DNA of 64,000 nucleotides from positions 17,484,001-17,548,000 of the forward strand of contig OZ024741.1 of NCBI GenBank assembly GCA_964016885.1. The letters run 5' to 3'. The first letter of the stretch is position 1. Every line of letters starts with the position of its first letter. Under the pieces are notes generated by a model. It saw only the letters and a program-made list of their open reading frames with translations, did not search any database and was not told where the DNA came from. The DNA comes from Eledone cirrhosa (Eukaryota). The position numbers were made by a program, and so were the translations under genes. Below are positions 30,316 through 44,165 of this stretch, in pieces.

Positions 30316-30660
30316 CATAGAGACGGAAACACACATACATACCTACATAGATACATACGTATATATATACAGAGACACACACACATACATACATACACAC
30401 ATACATATATACATATATACACAGAGACACACACACACACATACATACGTATATACACATACATACAGACAGACACACTGGCACAGACATACATACACAG
30501 ACACACACCCACATAGACCACATGCACGCAGACACACACCTACACTCACATCTACATACACACACACATACACATACACCTACACATACACACGCACACC
30601 CACCCATACATATACGTACACACACATTCACACACACATATACACACATGCACACACACG
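30189..30660. repeat. (ACAT)n and degenerate (AC)n microsatellite
   Basis: Read directly from the sequence. Confidence 0.95.
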
Positions 30661-30726
30661 TACTCATTGATAACATGTCATATGTCAACTGGAGCGACAT
30701 CTTGACAGACGGACGGAGAGACAGAC

Positions 30727-30727
<1 letters not shown>

Positions 30728-30762
<35 letters not shown>

Positions 30763-30798
30763 ATGCTGCTGCTGCTGCTGCTGCTACTGTTGCTGCTG

Positions 30799-30836
<38 letters not shown>

Positions 30837-30859
30837 CTGCTCCGCTGCTGCTGTTGCTG

Positions 30860-30908
<49 letters not shown>

Positions 30909-31169
30909 GCTCTGCTGCTGCTGTTGCTGCTGCTACTACTACTGCTGCTGCTGCTGCTGCTACTACTACTGCTGCTGCTGCTGCTGCTACTACTACTACT
31001 GCTGATGCTGCTGCTACTGCTGCTGCTGCTACTGCTACTACTGCTGCTGCTGCTGCTCCTGCTACTGCTGCTGCTGCTACTGCTGCTTCTGCTGCTGCTA
31101 CTACTGCTGCTGCTGCTGCTCCTGCTACTGCTGCTGCTGCTGCTACTACTACTACTGCTGTTGCTGCTG

Positions 31170-31201
<32 letters not shown>

Positions 31202-31364
31202 ACTACTACTACTACTGCTGCTGCTGCTACTACTACTACTGCCGCTGCTGCTGCTGCTGCTACTACTACTACTACTACTACTACTGCTACTACTACTACT
31301 ACTACTACCACTGCTGCTATTAATACTACTACTACTGCCACAACTACTACTACTACTACTACTG

Positions 31365-31408
<44 letters not shown>

Positions 31409-31816
31409 GCTGCTGCTGATGTGCCAGGAGTATCAATAGCAACACCAACAACATTAAGTATGTAATCTCCGCCAAATCAGTAAGACCATATCTACACATA
31501 TACATCACCACGACCATCACCACCATCACCACCACCATTACCACCAACACCAACACCATCACCACCACCATCACCACCACCATCACCACCATCACCACCA
31601 CCATTACCACCAACACCAACACCATCACCACCACCATTACCACCAACACCAACACCACCACCGCCACCATTACCACCAACACCACCACCGCCACCATTAC
31701 CACCTCTACCACCACCACCACCACCACCACCACCACCACAAGTACCTTCACCATCACTACTCCTCACCACCACCGTCACACCCATCCCCATCACCATCAT
31801 CACCATTACTACCATC
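30728..31816. repeat. (CTG/CTA)n followed by (CAC/CAT)n trinucleotide repeats
   Basis: Read directly; source of the poly-L/A/T/V pseudo-ORFs. Confidence 0.95.
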
Positions 31817-32120
31817 AAACTATAATTGTATCTAGGATGTCTTGACCGATTAGATCACATATCTCTGTAATTTCGAATGTTCCCATACATTGAACAGACA
31901 AGAAAGTTAATTAGTTTTTACTGGAGCAGAGTTTGGCTGAAAGAGAATTTGCTTCGAAATCACACCTCGAGCTGTTCACCGGAGAAACAATTGTAATACG
32001 TAATAAACTGTGTTCCGATACATCATTGATTCTTCGTTTTCCATATCATCATACTCTGCTCCGAAGGAGCATAGAGTGCTCAACCGGCATACCACCAATA
32101 GACGCATCCTAGCAACCATA

Positions 32121-32209
<89 letters not shown>

Positions 32210-32611
32210 TATATATATCTATATCTATATATATATATATCTAGAGAGAGAGAGAGAGACGCAGCTACCATAAATAGAACAAGAAGAATTTCTGGAATAT
32301 AAATTTGTAATTTCGAAAAAGACACCAAGTGAATCTATTAATTATCTTCAGACAACAAAGAGTTCCATATAACTAACAGGAAGTCTTCGGGGACTCTTTA
32401 GTGCGGGCCTTGGGTGGTTATTGTCTGATGTTTCATTCACTGTCTGACGAGATTCACACAGAAACCAGATGAACGTGACGTCATCAGTGAAAAATGCAAA
32501 TCACGGAGGATTTGCATTATTAGATTTGCATTATTATAACGCACAGACACACACACATATACATACATACAAACACACAGACACATATATATTTATATAC
32601 ATATATATACT

Positions 32612-32709
<98 letters not shown>

Positions 32710-32883
32710 AGTATGCATGTATATATGTATGTATATATATATGTATATTGCTATGCTATTGTTACACACACGCAAACATATATATGTATATATATTTGTC
32801 ATATATATATATATAAGTGTGTGCGTATTTGTGTATGTGTCTTTGTATGTGTACGTAAATACACAAGCATATATATATATATA

Positions 32884-34182
32884 TCTATATATAAAACGGA
32901 AGATGTCTGTCTGTGTGTGTGTGTATGATTTTTATGCATTTCCACATTTCTCTACCGATTTTGATGATTTTTTTCCCCAATGTGCTCCAAATTTACCAAC
33001 GATGGTCAACGCGTAATAAACTTTGCCCCAAATTTCCTGCTTCTATGAAAAAAAATCGATAAAACTAAATACATGCTGTAACCCTCTCTCTTACACGCTT
33101 ATTCACTCTCTCTACTACCCAACAGCGACAAAACTTCGTTCAGGGACGCGACATATTCAAAGTTTATGTCGCGTTCCTGCACCAACATCTATAGCACCTC
33201 TTTGTAGACGATATTGCGTGTCATCACTTGAGGAGTGTAAGCAAAAAGTTCATTCCTGCGCCCTACGCGGGAACAGTCAACATAAAGTTGGCCATGGGAG
33301 AAGCATGGCTCCCCAAATGGATGCCCGCCACCGACAATGTTTGCCCTTGTGACTTGTTAATGGACATGGCAAAACATGGTCTCACCGGGAATTGGGATCG
33401 CCGGAAATCGAACGGGATATCTGACGCCGAGAGGAAAAGGTTCATCCTTGGCAGTGTATTCGGCAGAATTGCCAGAAGTACAACACTATGGGTGTTGTCA
33501 TATTAATATTTAACCGATGAAAGTCATAACAAATAAATAATTTAAACATTCCGATTCATATGTCTATAGCATTAATCTGTTATATGAAGTGTTATTTTGC
33601 GGGTTGTTGTTTGCAATAAGCCGATTTAAAATACCCCAGAAAAGCCGTATGTCAATACGGAACTCTAATGACTCCCCCAACAGTTAAGTTATAGAGAGAG
33701 GGAATAATCTATTATAGAGAGAGGGAAAAGCGACGGAGAGAGTAAATCTAAGAAACTATAGGGAGGTGTGTTAAACCTCAAAGCGTGAAGAGAGTAGAGC
33801 AGTTAAATTATAGATAGGGGGAATGATCTATTATAGAAAGAGAGAAGAGCGACAGAGAGAGCGTTATGACTATGTTTGTTGTTGTATAAAATGATGTGTT
33901 GCTTAGTTTTCGAAGTTAAAACTATTTACTGGCGGACAGATCTGACACCCAGCGGCATCAGGGCCACCATCTTGCAACTTTGGTCTGCTAAATTCGCTAT
34001 TGGAAGATTATTAACCCATCATTGATTGTCCAAAATGCTAATTGGTTCGTAACTTTTAATAACCGGTTCAACTGCTTTATGCACTTAATTGATAAGCTTA
34101 TTCGCTTTCAAGCCATCTTTACCTGTATGTAACTTTTCATAGCAAATGAACAAACCCGAGCAACGCCGGGTTAAACTGCTAG
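32884..34182 (+). mobile_element. Non-autonomous Helitron (~1.3 kb)
   Basis: 5' end TCTATATATAAAA preceded by A. 3' hairpin CCCG-AGCAACGC-CGGG (34155-34170), then CTAG (34179-34182) followed by T, so inserted at A|T. Contains a Pif1-type helicase fragment. Confidence 0.8.
33263..33445 (-). pseudogene. Pif1/Helitron RepHel helicase C-terminal fragment
   Basis: DIPFDFRRSQFPVRPCFAMSINKSQGQTLSVAGIHL matches the QFP..FAMTINKSQGQTL motif of Pif1-family helicases; the frame is lost afterwards. Confidence 0.85.
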
Positions 34183-34248
<66 letters not shown>

Positions 34249-34325
34249 TATATACATATATATATATACATATATATATATACATATATATATATACATA
34301 TATATATATACATATATATATATAC

Positions 34326-34357
<32 letters not shown>

Positions 34358-34453
34358 GTATACATGTATATATATATACATGTATATATATATATATATA
34401 TATACATGTATATATATATACATGTATATATATATACATGTATATATATATAT

Positions 34454-34527
<74 letters not shown>
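34183..34527. repeat. (AT)n microsatellite with interspersed ACAT/ACATGT
   Basis: Read directly. Confidence 0.95.
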
Positions 34528-34531
<4 letters not shown>

Positions 34532-34677
34532 TAAAATAACAGATTAAAGTTTAAGCAAAGAATCGCTGCTTTCACCCTTAACGGGATCTTCTGAAACTAA
34601 CAAAGTCAATCTGTAAACGCAGAACTGGATATTTCAAAAAACGTTGCAACCGGAGGAAGACAGGAAGACGATACTTT

Positions 34678-34959
34678 GGTTCGTGGAAACGTTCGCTGGC
34701 AAAGAACGGGAAAAAACGAATAATACGTCATTAATAGGAGCGGTGAAAAACAATTACGCGCAAATACAGAACCACGTTTATGGTATAAAAGAGGTCATAG
34801 ACTAATGTTCTCTTAGGTGGTTCATAGAGACGTTCTCTGGCAATGAACGAAAAAAACGAAGATAATAAGTCATATGTGGACCGTGGAGAACAATAGCACA
34901 CAAAGACAAAACCACGTAAATGGTATAGCAGAAGTCGTAGACTAAAATTCTAACTAGGA
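34678..34959. repeat. Diverged ~141-bp tandem dimer
   Basis: GGTTC.T.GA.ACGTTC.CTGGCAA.GAACG...AACCACGT..ATGGTATA...GTC.TAGACTAA...TAGG occurs at ~34678 and ~34819. Confidence 0.7.
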
Positions 34960-35119
34960 GACCAAATGAATCTCCGCTACAGAGTTAAGAACAAAGTAAA
35001 TAAATACAATACAGAAGTTGTGTATGTACGTATCTGTTTGCGTGTATGTATTTATTTGTTTCTATTACTTCTGTATTGTATTTATTTACTTTGTTCTTGT
35101 ATATATTACATGTATATAT

Positions 35120-35208
<89 letters not shown>

Positions 35209-36045
35209 ATATATATACATGTATATATATATTTCGTTTCTGAATTTGTTTAGCAAGATTCTTTATCTGAAATCGTGTGTTGAAACCGATATTGTTATAC
35301 TTTGGGAGGGTCATGTTGCCAATAAGAAACACACGCACCAGTTGCTTTCACTTCAATTTATTATATATTTATAAATTTATAAATTTACAAATTTACAAAC
35401 TTATAAATTTCTGGTTGGTTGGTTGGTTCCACAACCAGATAGTTGTTTATATATAGTCATAGTCCTTTCGTCACACACTCTGTGACCTCTTCAGTGACTG
35501 GGGATTCCTTTCTTTGTTTCTGTGCCTTTCCTTTCTTCTATCCTACGCCATTTTGTTTCTGTGTGTGTGTTGTGTGCTCAGTTTGCGCATGCGCCACATC
35601 CGGGTGTCTGTGTGTGTTTGTGTTCATTTATCTATTTGTTTATTTATTTATTTATTTATTGTTGGTTGGTTGTTTGTTCTATGTGTGTGTGTGTTTTCAT
35701 TTTGTCCTGTGTGTGTTTTCATTTTGTCCTTAATTGTAAGTTGTTTGTTCTATGTGTGTGTGTGTTTTCATTTTGTCCTTAATTGTAAGTTGTGATGTTG
35801 CTGTTCCACTCATATTTTCTATTTAAATTTGGTTTCATACGCCCCATCATTGAGATGTCCCCAGATGTGTGTGACAGCACGGAGGACCTCCTCAGCAGAA
35901 TCGGCAGACCTCGCAAGGACTCTATATCTTTATGATATATTGTTTTTGTTTATGCCACGAAACTACGTAGTCGAGGAATTTAGGAGCAGTTTAGGTATGA
36001 TACATTTTATTACTAATTATATCTAAATGTTTCTTCTCTCTTCAT

Positions 36046-36082
<37 letters not shown>

Positions 36083-36100
36083 GTACAACACACACACACG

Positions 36101-36146
36101 ATGATCATGATGACGATGATAATGACGTTGATGATGACGATGTTGT

Positions 36147-36178
<32 letters not shown>

Positions 36179-36288
36179 GGTGGTTTTGGCGATGCCGTTG
36201 ATGATGATGAAGACGATGATGATGATAATTATGATAATGGTGATGATGATGATGATGATAATGATGATGACGGCGTTGGTGATGATGG
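36101..36288. repeat. (GAT)n trinucleotide repeat
   Basis: Read directly. Confidence 0.9.
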
Positions 36289-36514
36289 CAACAAAAGGAT
36301 TACATATTCTTTATTAACCTTTTCATTAATTCCAATAATATTTCAGAACCACTTCAAAACTAATTTGAAGGGATTTAGTAATATAAACTATTTGTTCTCT
36401 TGTGTTTATAACCTTACTGAAAGGTATTGACATAGAATTTTGATGGAATGAGAATTTGGTTTTGCGCTCTCACACAGTGGATATGTAAATACATTCGTGA
36501 GATTTATATCGCAT

Positions 36515-36703
36515 AATAATTGTTTCTACTTTTGGCACAAGGCCAGCAAATATCCCATTGTATTACTGGTACTTTATTTTATCGACCCCGTAAGGATGAA
36601 AGGCAAAGTTAACCACGGCGGGATTTGAACTCAGATTATAAAGGGACGTAACTCTTTGCTGCGAAGCATGGCGACTAACCATCTACCGATACTGCCAATC
36701 CAC
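36515..36703 (-). mobile_element. tRNA-derived SINE (satellite-donor family), single head, diverged
   Basis: Reverse complement shows the head, B box GAGTTCAAATCCC, central TTTGCCTTTCATCCTTACGGGGTCGATAAAATAAAGTACCAG and tail GCCTTGTGCCAAAAGTAGAAACAATTATT. Confidence 0.9.
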
Positions 36704-37101
36704 AAATAATATTCGATTTGTTTACAAGCAAACAACCACATTATTTTATGTGTTTTAGACGTTTATAGCCATCCTGTCTAGTGGTGACATAGAGAAACAA
36801 CTGACAACAGCGTTGTTTCTGGGTTATTGCCCTTTGTCAAGATTGTATATCTCTCTCTCTTTCTTGTCACTCACTAGAACTCGTGAAAATATATAGCAAT
36901 CTCTAAAGTATACAGCGGCTGATTAGCCTAATTTGCATATCGAGTGATCGACTTTGCCGAAAATTGAAATCAAGATTAGAATTTGGTTTTTCGTTCTAAC
37001 ATAGCAGATACGCTAGAACAAAAGGATGGTCGTCTACATACAGGGCGAAGTGAGGCTGTTTGATTGCAAACGAATAGAATATTATTATTATTCAATATAA
37101 A

Positions 37102-37573
37102 GAGGGCGGTGGATTGGCAGTAGCGGTAGAGCGTCGGACACCATGCTTTGCAGCATAGAGTTACGGCCCTCTACGGTCTGAGTTCAAATCCCGCGGAGGT
37201 TAACTTTGCCTTTCATCCTTACGGGGTCGATAAAATAAAGTACCAGTAATGTACTGTGTGTGACAGCTCACACCTATGCAGGTTTAGCTGGCCTCCTCCA
37301 AGGTATATTGGAGGTGTCTTGGGTGATTTAATGCTATGGACCCCAGTCCTATCATCTCATTTCTACAGCTGAGTAAACTGGAGCAACGTGAAATAAAGTG
37401 TCTTGCTCAAAGAAACAACACATCACCCGATCCGAGAATTGAACTCACAAACTTTCGATTGCAAGCCCAATGCTCTGACCACTAAGTCATGCGCCTTCTC
37501 CTGGGAGTACTGGGGTCGATTTAATCGACTTTCCCCTCTCCCCATTGCTGACCTTGTGCCTATAATAGAAACC
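37102..37573 (+). mobile_element. tRNA-derived SINE (long 3' variant) interrupted by a second SINE
   Basis: Starts GAGGGCGGTGGATTGGCAG; B box GAGTTCAAATCCC; 18-bp TSD ATTATTATTCAATATAAA at 37084-37101 and 37574-37591. Confidence 0.92.
37257..37506 (-). mobile_element. CORE-type tRNA-derived SINE nested in the previous SINE
   Basis: Minus strand: tRNA-like head (TGACTTAGTGG...GAGTTCAATTC), then CTTTGAGCAAGACACTTTATTTCACGTTGCTCCAGTTTACTCAGCTGTAGAAATG, which resembles the MIR/CORE domain. Flanked by GTACTG at 37251-37256 and 37507-37512. Confidence 0.75.
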
Positions 37574-37773
37574 ATTATTATTCAATATAAAACTCCCGAA
37601 TACATTTGATGGAATGTTTGTATCTAAATATAAACTCTTTAAAACCCAATATTTCTATCGTAGAACCAGAAGTAGTTTCAGACAGCTTGGAGGTAGTTTC
37701 AGACAAAAAGGAAGTATTTTCTTGAAATATGAATGTGTTGATTGTTCTGTTGCGACAATACTTCAAGATGTTC

Positions 37774-37865
37774 TTCTTCAAGATGATACAGACGTGAAGA
37801 TGATGTTCTTCAAGATGATACAGACGTGAAGATGATGTTCTTCAAGATGATAGAGACGTGAAGAT
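37774..37865. repeat. 32-bp minisatellite, ~3 copies
   Basis: TTCTTCAAGATGATACAGACGTGAAGATGATG starts at 37774, 37806 and 37838. Confidence 0.9.
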
Positions 37866-38139
37866 CGTCTTTATACCAACAATTTACAGAAACCAGCTGT
37901 GGTTTATTGGGTATTAAATGGCGGACGTTTAATGGGGATAGAGGGTGGTGGATAGTTATTGAAAGATCTGCTAACACTCCACTGGTGAAAAATACCTTGA
38001 ATGTTTGTAGACTGACTAGATGATAGACCGACACACAGACCGACACACAGACACAAAGTTTTACCAATAGAGAGAGAGTCGGTTTCTAACATAGACACAA
38101 GACTCTCTCATTAGAATTTACACAACATCAACTAGGTAG

Positions 38140-38579
38140 ATATGTATGTATGCATGCATGTCTAGATATGGATGTTATTGTATGTGTGGGTGTGTATGTT
38201 TTGAGTTGTATGTGTGCATGTGTATATGCTTTGCATCTGTACATGCGTATATGCAGTTATTAGATGCAGTGTATGTATGTATGTATGTATGTATGTATGT
38301 ATGTATGTATGTATGTATGTATGTATGTATGTATGTATGTATGTATGTATGTATGTATGTATGTATGCATATATATTTATGTATGAATGTATATATGTAT
38401 GCAAGTATTTAACTGCGTATGTGTGTGTATATGTATGCATGTATATATGGATGTAGGTATGTATGTATATATGTATGCATATATGTATATATATGTATAT
38501 ATGTATGTATATATGTATGTACATATCTATGTATGTATATATGTATATATGTATGTAGGTGTGTATGTATGTATATATG

Positions 38580-38666
<87 letters not shown>

Positions 38667-38721
38667 GCATGCATGTATATATGTATGTATATATGTATGT
38701 ATATATGTATGTATATATATA
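38140..38721. repeat. (ATGT)n/(AT)n microsatellite
   Basis: Read directly. Confidence 0.9.
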
Positions 38722-39333
38722 AATTTCAGGTCACCAGTTGGTGCTACTGGTAACATGTATCCCACCACAACCTGTCCCATGGTCGGGTCGTTGGCGACTA
38801 AACTGGCAACCCTACCAAGGTTTCTTGGTGAGGAGGGTGACTTTGGACATCCTGCAGGACTAAAAACAAAACCTGTCAAAGGCCAAAGGAGTTCTTAAGA
38901 GTCAATGGCCATCCAAAATCACCGGGAGAGATGACCCCTTAGCCTTTGTCAAGGCAGAATTCTAGGAGAAGGAAAACTCTGATATAACACCTGCAACCCT
39001 GATGGTATCCAATGATGTTGACATGTTCTTCTTTTTGGTAAATATCATCTTGGTTAAGAGAGTGGGACTGGCTTTGTGCAGTGCTTTTGCTCACTATAAA
39101 AGCTTCACGGCACAGGCATTGCTTTATATCTGGAGATCTCTCTGCACTTGTCGTCACATGGTACCATGGGCCCAGCACTGTGTGTCAATAATTGTCACAA
39201 GTGTAGTGTTTGTACCAGAGTTTTCAAGTCGCTGGCTGGACTAAAAAGTCACACTCGTTCAGCGCATCGGTAGGGTTCTCCTACATGGATATAAAGTAGT
39301 GGCCGTACTCGAAAACGAGTTGGCAGCCACCAT
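38722..39333 (+). mobile_element. Internally deleted RTE-type LINE derivative (putative 5' UTR plus 3' end)
   Basis: GGAGAAGGAAAACTCTGA (38965-38982) resembles an RTE 5'-UTR motif. 39196-39273 encodes [25 protein letters not shown], similar to the C-terminus of the RTE copy at 45619. It ends GAGTTGGCAGCCACCAT-(AT)n, like that copy. Confidence 0.6.
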
Positions 39334-39556
39334 ATATACATGTATATATGTATGTATGTATATATGTATATATATATATATATATAAATGTATATATGTA
39401 TGTATGTATGCATATATAAATGTATATATGTATGTATATATGTATGTAATGTATGTATATATGTATGTATATATGTAAGGAAAGGATGTTAAAATATTAA
39501 GCTAACATACATGGCTATGACAGCCGTTTGTTCGGACTTCGAGACTGTCTATATAA

Positions 39557-40550
39557 CCACCACCATCACCACCACCACCACCACCACCACCACCACCACC
39601 ATCACCACCACCACCATCACCATCACCACCACCACCATCACCATCATCACCACCACCACCACCACCACCACCACCACCACCACCATCACCACCACCACGA
39701 CCACAACAACAGTGGACAGCACACGCGGCAGTAACAACAACAACAACAACAGCAGCAGCAACAGAAATAGCACTAACAACAGCAACAACACCAACAACAA
39801 ACGTAGGAACAGCAACAACAAAACCAATAGCAACAACACCAACAACAGCAACAACAAAACCAACAGCAACAACAAAAGTAGCAACAGCAACAACACCAAC
39901 AACAACAACAGCAACAACAACAGCAACAACACCAACAACAGCAGCAACAACAGTAGCAACAGCAACAACACCAACAACAGCAACAACAAAAGTAGCAACA
40001 GCAACAACACCAACAACAGCAACAACAACAGCAACAACGCCAACAACAGCAACAACAACAACAGCAACAACAACAACAACAACAATAACAACACCAACAA
40101 CAATAACATCACCAACAGCAACAACAACAGTAGCAACAACAGCAGCAACAACAACAACAACAGCAGCAGCAACAGTAGCAACAACAACAACAACAACAAC
40201 AGCAACAACAACAACAACAACAGCAACAACAACCGTAGCAACAGCAACAACAACAACAGCAGCAGCAACAGTAGCAACAGCAACAACAACAACAGCAACA
40301 ACAACAACAACAACAGCAACAACAACAGTAGCAACAGCAGCAGCAACAACAACAACAGCAACAACAACAGTAGCAACAGCAACAACAACAGCAACAACAA
40401 CAGTAGCAGCAACAGTAGCAATAGCAGTAACAGCAGTATTACAACAGCAACAATAACAACAACAACAACATCAATAGTAACTTCAACAACAAAAACCGAC
40501 AACAGCAACAAGAACAAGAAGAACATAAGTAGAAAGGACAACAACAACAT
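39557..40550. repeat. (CAC)n then (AAC/AGC)n trinucleotide repeats
   Basis: Read directly; source of the poly-T/N/H/L pseudo-ORFs. Confidence 0.95.
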
Positions 40551-40930
40551 CTGTAGTAGCACTAGAATCCCCTCCCTGTTGAATGGTGGAGAGACGCTGT
40601 ACCTGACTCCAGGTAAACTTTCTCTAATGACCTCAATAAGGACGGATATGGCTGTCTAAATATCACATGTACACTTTATATACATACACACATACAGACA
40701 TACACATACATACATATACACATATACACACATAAAAGCATACACACATACATATACACATACACATATACACAGACATAAACGCATACACATATACAAA
40801 TATACACACACGGGTACACCCATACACATACACAACAAACACACACAGAGACATACAAACACACACATAAACATACATAGACACACATAAACAACAAACA
40901 CACAAAGGCAAACATGTACACACACACATC

Positions 40931-40978
<48 letters not shown>

Positions 40979-41051
40979 TATAAATATAAATATATATAGT
41001 GAGATAAGATAACAAGGACGATTGGTTACTCCTTCATTACGTTTATTGGTT

Positions 41052-41136
41052 GGTGACGCGCGTTTCGCCACTGATCAGCTCAAGGTTCGATCTGTATCGA
41101 TCTATCCCGACTCTGTTATCCGCGGCTCCTCAGACC
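41052..41136 (-). ncRNA. Type I hammerhead ribozyme motif (Penelope pLTR-type, long helix II)
   Basis: Minus strand GGT-CTGAGGA-GCCGC...GTGGC-GAAA-CGCGCG-TC-ACC; palindromic helix III, GUC site; helix I only 3 bp. Confidence 0.6.
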
Positions 41137-41458
41137 CTTGTAATGGTAATGGAAGAATGAATATACATGCCGTATGAGAAAGTCTGAAGTTCCTATGGCG
41201 GTCAGTGAAATTTGTTTTGATTGGTGGATTAATTCATGGGGATGTTATTGCCTGTAGTGTATATGTGTGTGTGTGTGTGTAGGGGGAGGGGTGTAGGTTG
41301 AAATGGATGGCGGTGTAGGGGTGCTAGACAGCTTGGCATGTAGATGTGGCTGATTTTCGTGTGGGGTGTGGATGTGGGGTGTGGTGCTGCGGTTTATGAT
41401 ACTCGATGAAAGGTTGCGGTGTTTAGGGTGGGTGTTATGTGTGGTAGTTACACACACA

Positions 41459-41546
<88 letters not shown>

Positions 41547-41702
41547 TAATAAAAACAATGAATAAAAACAAAGAACAAGTTCCTTATATTAAAAAATTCA
41601 TCATTTTACGATCGTTTCTAGGATATATATGTGTGTTGGTATGTATATCATATAGATCTATGTAAAAATATGACAAACTATCAGAGGAAATATACATACC
41701 TT

Positions 41703-41746
<44 letters not shown>

Positions 41747-41918
41747 ATACAATAACAGAGATAGCTTAAAGCTAAACTCTGACTGGTAACCATCTCACTC
41801 AACAAACATTAGGTTATATGTTAGTATAAACCCAATTTAAGTGTTTGGGGTGCTAACTAGATGTATCATGTGGAAAGCCAGTTGTATTATTTTATGAGAT
41901 ATAATTAAAGTTAAAATA

Positions 41919-41958
<40 letters not shown>

Positions 41959-41960
<2 letters not shown>

Positions 41961-42084
41961 AAAAAATGGGGAGAAGAATACTGCAGGTTGCACATGGATA
42001 ACATGTTATAAAATGAGTCCCTCATCAGTGATTTGCCAACGATCATAGATATTTCATTGCATTAAAAATCATATACCTCACGTT

Positions 42085-42086
<2 letters not shown>
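41959..42086 (-). repeat. Dispersed repeat, inverted copy of 54445-54575 (probable PLE-end fragment)
   Basis: Reverse complement aligns over ~128 bp with 54445-54575 (CCAACGTGAGGTATATG...CACTGATGAGGGACTCATTTTATAACATG...); both abut (TA)n. Confidence 0.75.
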
Positions 42087-42138
<52 letters not shown>

Positions 42139-42327
42139 AGATAAAGAAGTCGTAAAATATCGTAATGTGTTTGTTAATATTGGTGTAAGTATGGCTGTGT
42201 GGTTAAGGGTTCTACTCCACTGGGTGGCAACATGGAGAACTGCATTTTACTGTTGTCTCTCATTCGTCGAGGATTGTAAGTAGAATTTGGGGAATTTGAT
42301 AGAAAGAAGCCCGCCATACACACAGTG

Positions 42328-42440
<113 letters not shown>

Positions 42441-42453
42441 GTATATATATGTA

Positions 42454-42493
<40 letters not shown>

Positions 42494-42523
42494 CACATAT
42501 ATATATGTACATATTTATATATG

Positions 42524-42560
<37 letters not shown>

Positions 42561-42862
42561 TGCAAACTCTGCTAAGTATACTGCAATTGCTTGTCAGATT
42601 ATAGAGTTTGGTGCACTTTTAGGCTATGGCCAGTAACACGAAACTATAACATGTCCTGGACAAGCAATGCCTGTGATTTGAAGGTTTTTTATGTAGGGAA
42701 AGGCCTTGCACTCTACCAATCCCACTCTCTGAGCTTCGAAAACACTACCTGAAAAGGAGAACTAGTCAACAACATTGGATGCTTCCGAAGCCGCAGGTTT
42801 TTTTTTCAGAGTTTTCCCCTCTTAGCATATATATATATAAATATATGTGTGTGTGTGTGTGT

Positions 42863-43630
42863 AAAAGGTAAACAGAAATAACAACACAATCGGTACAGTA
42901 TATGGAAGGAATATATTAGGTTAACACTTGATATAGCAGGAAGAGGGTCTTAACGTTTCGGACGCTAGTCCTTCTTCAGAAGAAAGAATGAGAAATAACA
43001 TAGATTAAGGGGACGGGCGGGTTGGAATTGGAAAAAATGTCTTTAGATAAAAATAGCAGGTCCGTTCATGTTGACATCTCTTGCAAAACTGTTGGTGCTG
43101 GTGTTTTGTGTATGATATATTTTTTAGAAAAGCGGATGATGGCGCGCGTCTACCTGAAATGGAAAAAAAAAACATTTTGTAAAAAGAGTCATACTAGAGC
43201 ACGTGCGTAAGCATGAATTAGTGTGTGTGTGTGTGTGCGTACGAAGCTAACAAGAAATAAGTGTGTGTATGTGAGTAAAAGAGTGTGTGTGCATGTAAGT
43301 ACGAAGCTATGAGCAAAAGTATGTTAATATAAGGGTGTGTATCGGCATATATTAATAGTAAGAGAAGCTGCTAATGATCAAGAGAAAGCGATAGGAATCA
43401 AGGGGTGTGATAATGGACAGGGTATTAGAGAAATTGGGGAGGTGAGTTGAGTCCAAGAGGGGAATAGGACCCAAGACGGTGAATCAGACTTTGTTCAGTC
43501 CTGGTGCACGAGGCCTGTGATCCATTATGTAAAAGGACACCCAGGACTGAAACATGTTGGGAAGAATGACCAGGAGAACAGAAATGACGGGCGACAGGAG
43601 TATCCAAACCGAGTCGTATGTCCCTCATAT
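42863..43630 (-). mobile_element. 3' fragment of a Penelope-like element (Neptune-like GIY-YIG C-terminus plus 3' pLTR)
   Basis: Minus-strand ORF DIRLGLDTPVARHFCSPGH...EQSLIHRLGSYSPLGLN, with a downstream hammerhead at 42948-42983. Confidence 0.75.
42948..42983 (-). ncRNA. Minimal type I hammerhead ribozyme motif
   Basis: TCTT-CTGAAGA-A-GGAC(TAGC)GTCC-GAAA-CG-TT-AAGA. Confidence 0.65.
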
Positions 43631-43751
43631 ATGTATATATGATTCTAGTTCCTCTGAGGACTAACAAAACACCCAGGAGCTGGACTTATCGATGAATTAA
43701 CTGAGTGGAACGCATTACAACACCATGTTTACCTGTTTTTTCTACATTAAT

Positions 43752-43813
43752 TCTTACTGCCTGATGAGGTCACAGCCAATAATGGCTGTCACTGAAATAT
43801 ATATAGCAGAAGA
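43752..43813 (+). ncRNA. Minimal type I hammerhead ribozyme motif followed by a fold-back
   Basis: TCTT(A)CTGC-CTGATGA-GGTCACAGCCA(ATAA)TGGCTGTCACT-GAAA-TATATA-TA-GCAGAAGA; inverted repeat ~43798-43845 versus ~43860-43908. Confidence 0.75.
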
Positions 43814-44093
43814 TTAGAATAAACGAAGCCAACTTTAACATGTTTGACATGTGTAAGTGAAACATGTTAAAGTTGGCTTCGTTTATTCTAATTCTCTGCT
43901 ATATATATATTATATATAGCAGAGAATTAATCTGTGGATAACATTTCTGGTCTTAACTTGTTTTGAATTGGGATTACATTTTTTTTCCCATATCTGACGT
44001 TAAATATTTTTCATCTTGACGTAATAGTCACTTATATGTCTGAATTACTGTTGGCTTCTTCCTTACATTAATTTCTCTATTTTCATTTATATA

Positions 44094-44165
<72 letters not shown>

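Noticed and set aside
32300-32470. Hammerhead-like CTGAAGA..GAAA (minus) and CTGACGA..GAAA (plus)
   Set aside because: Helix II does not pair convincingly.
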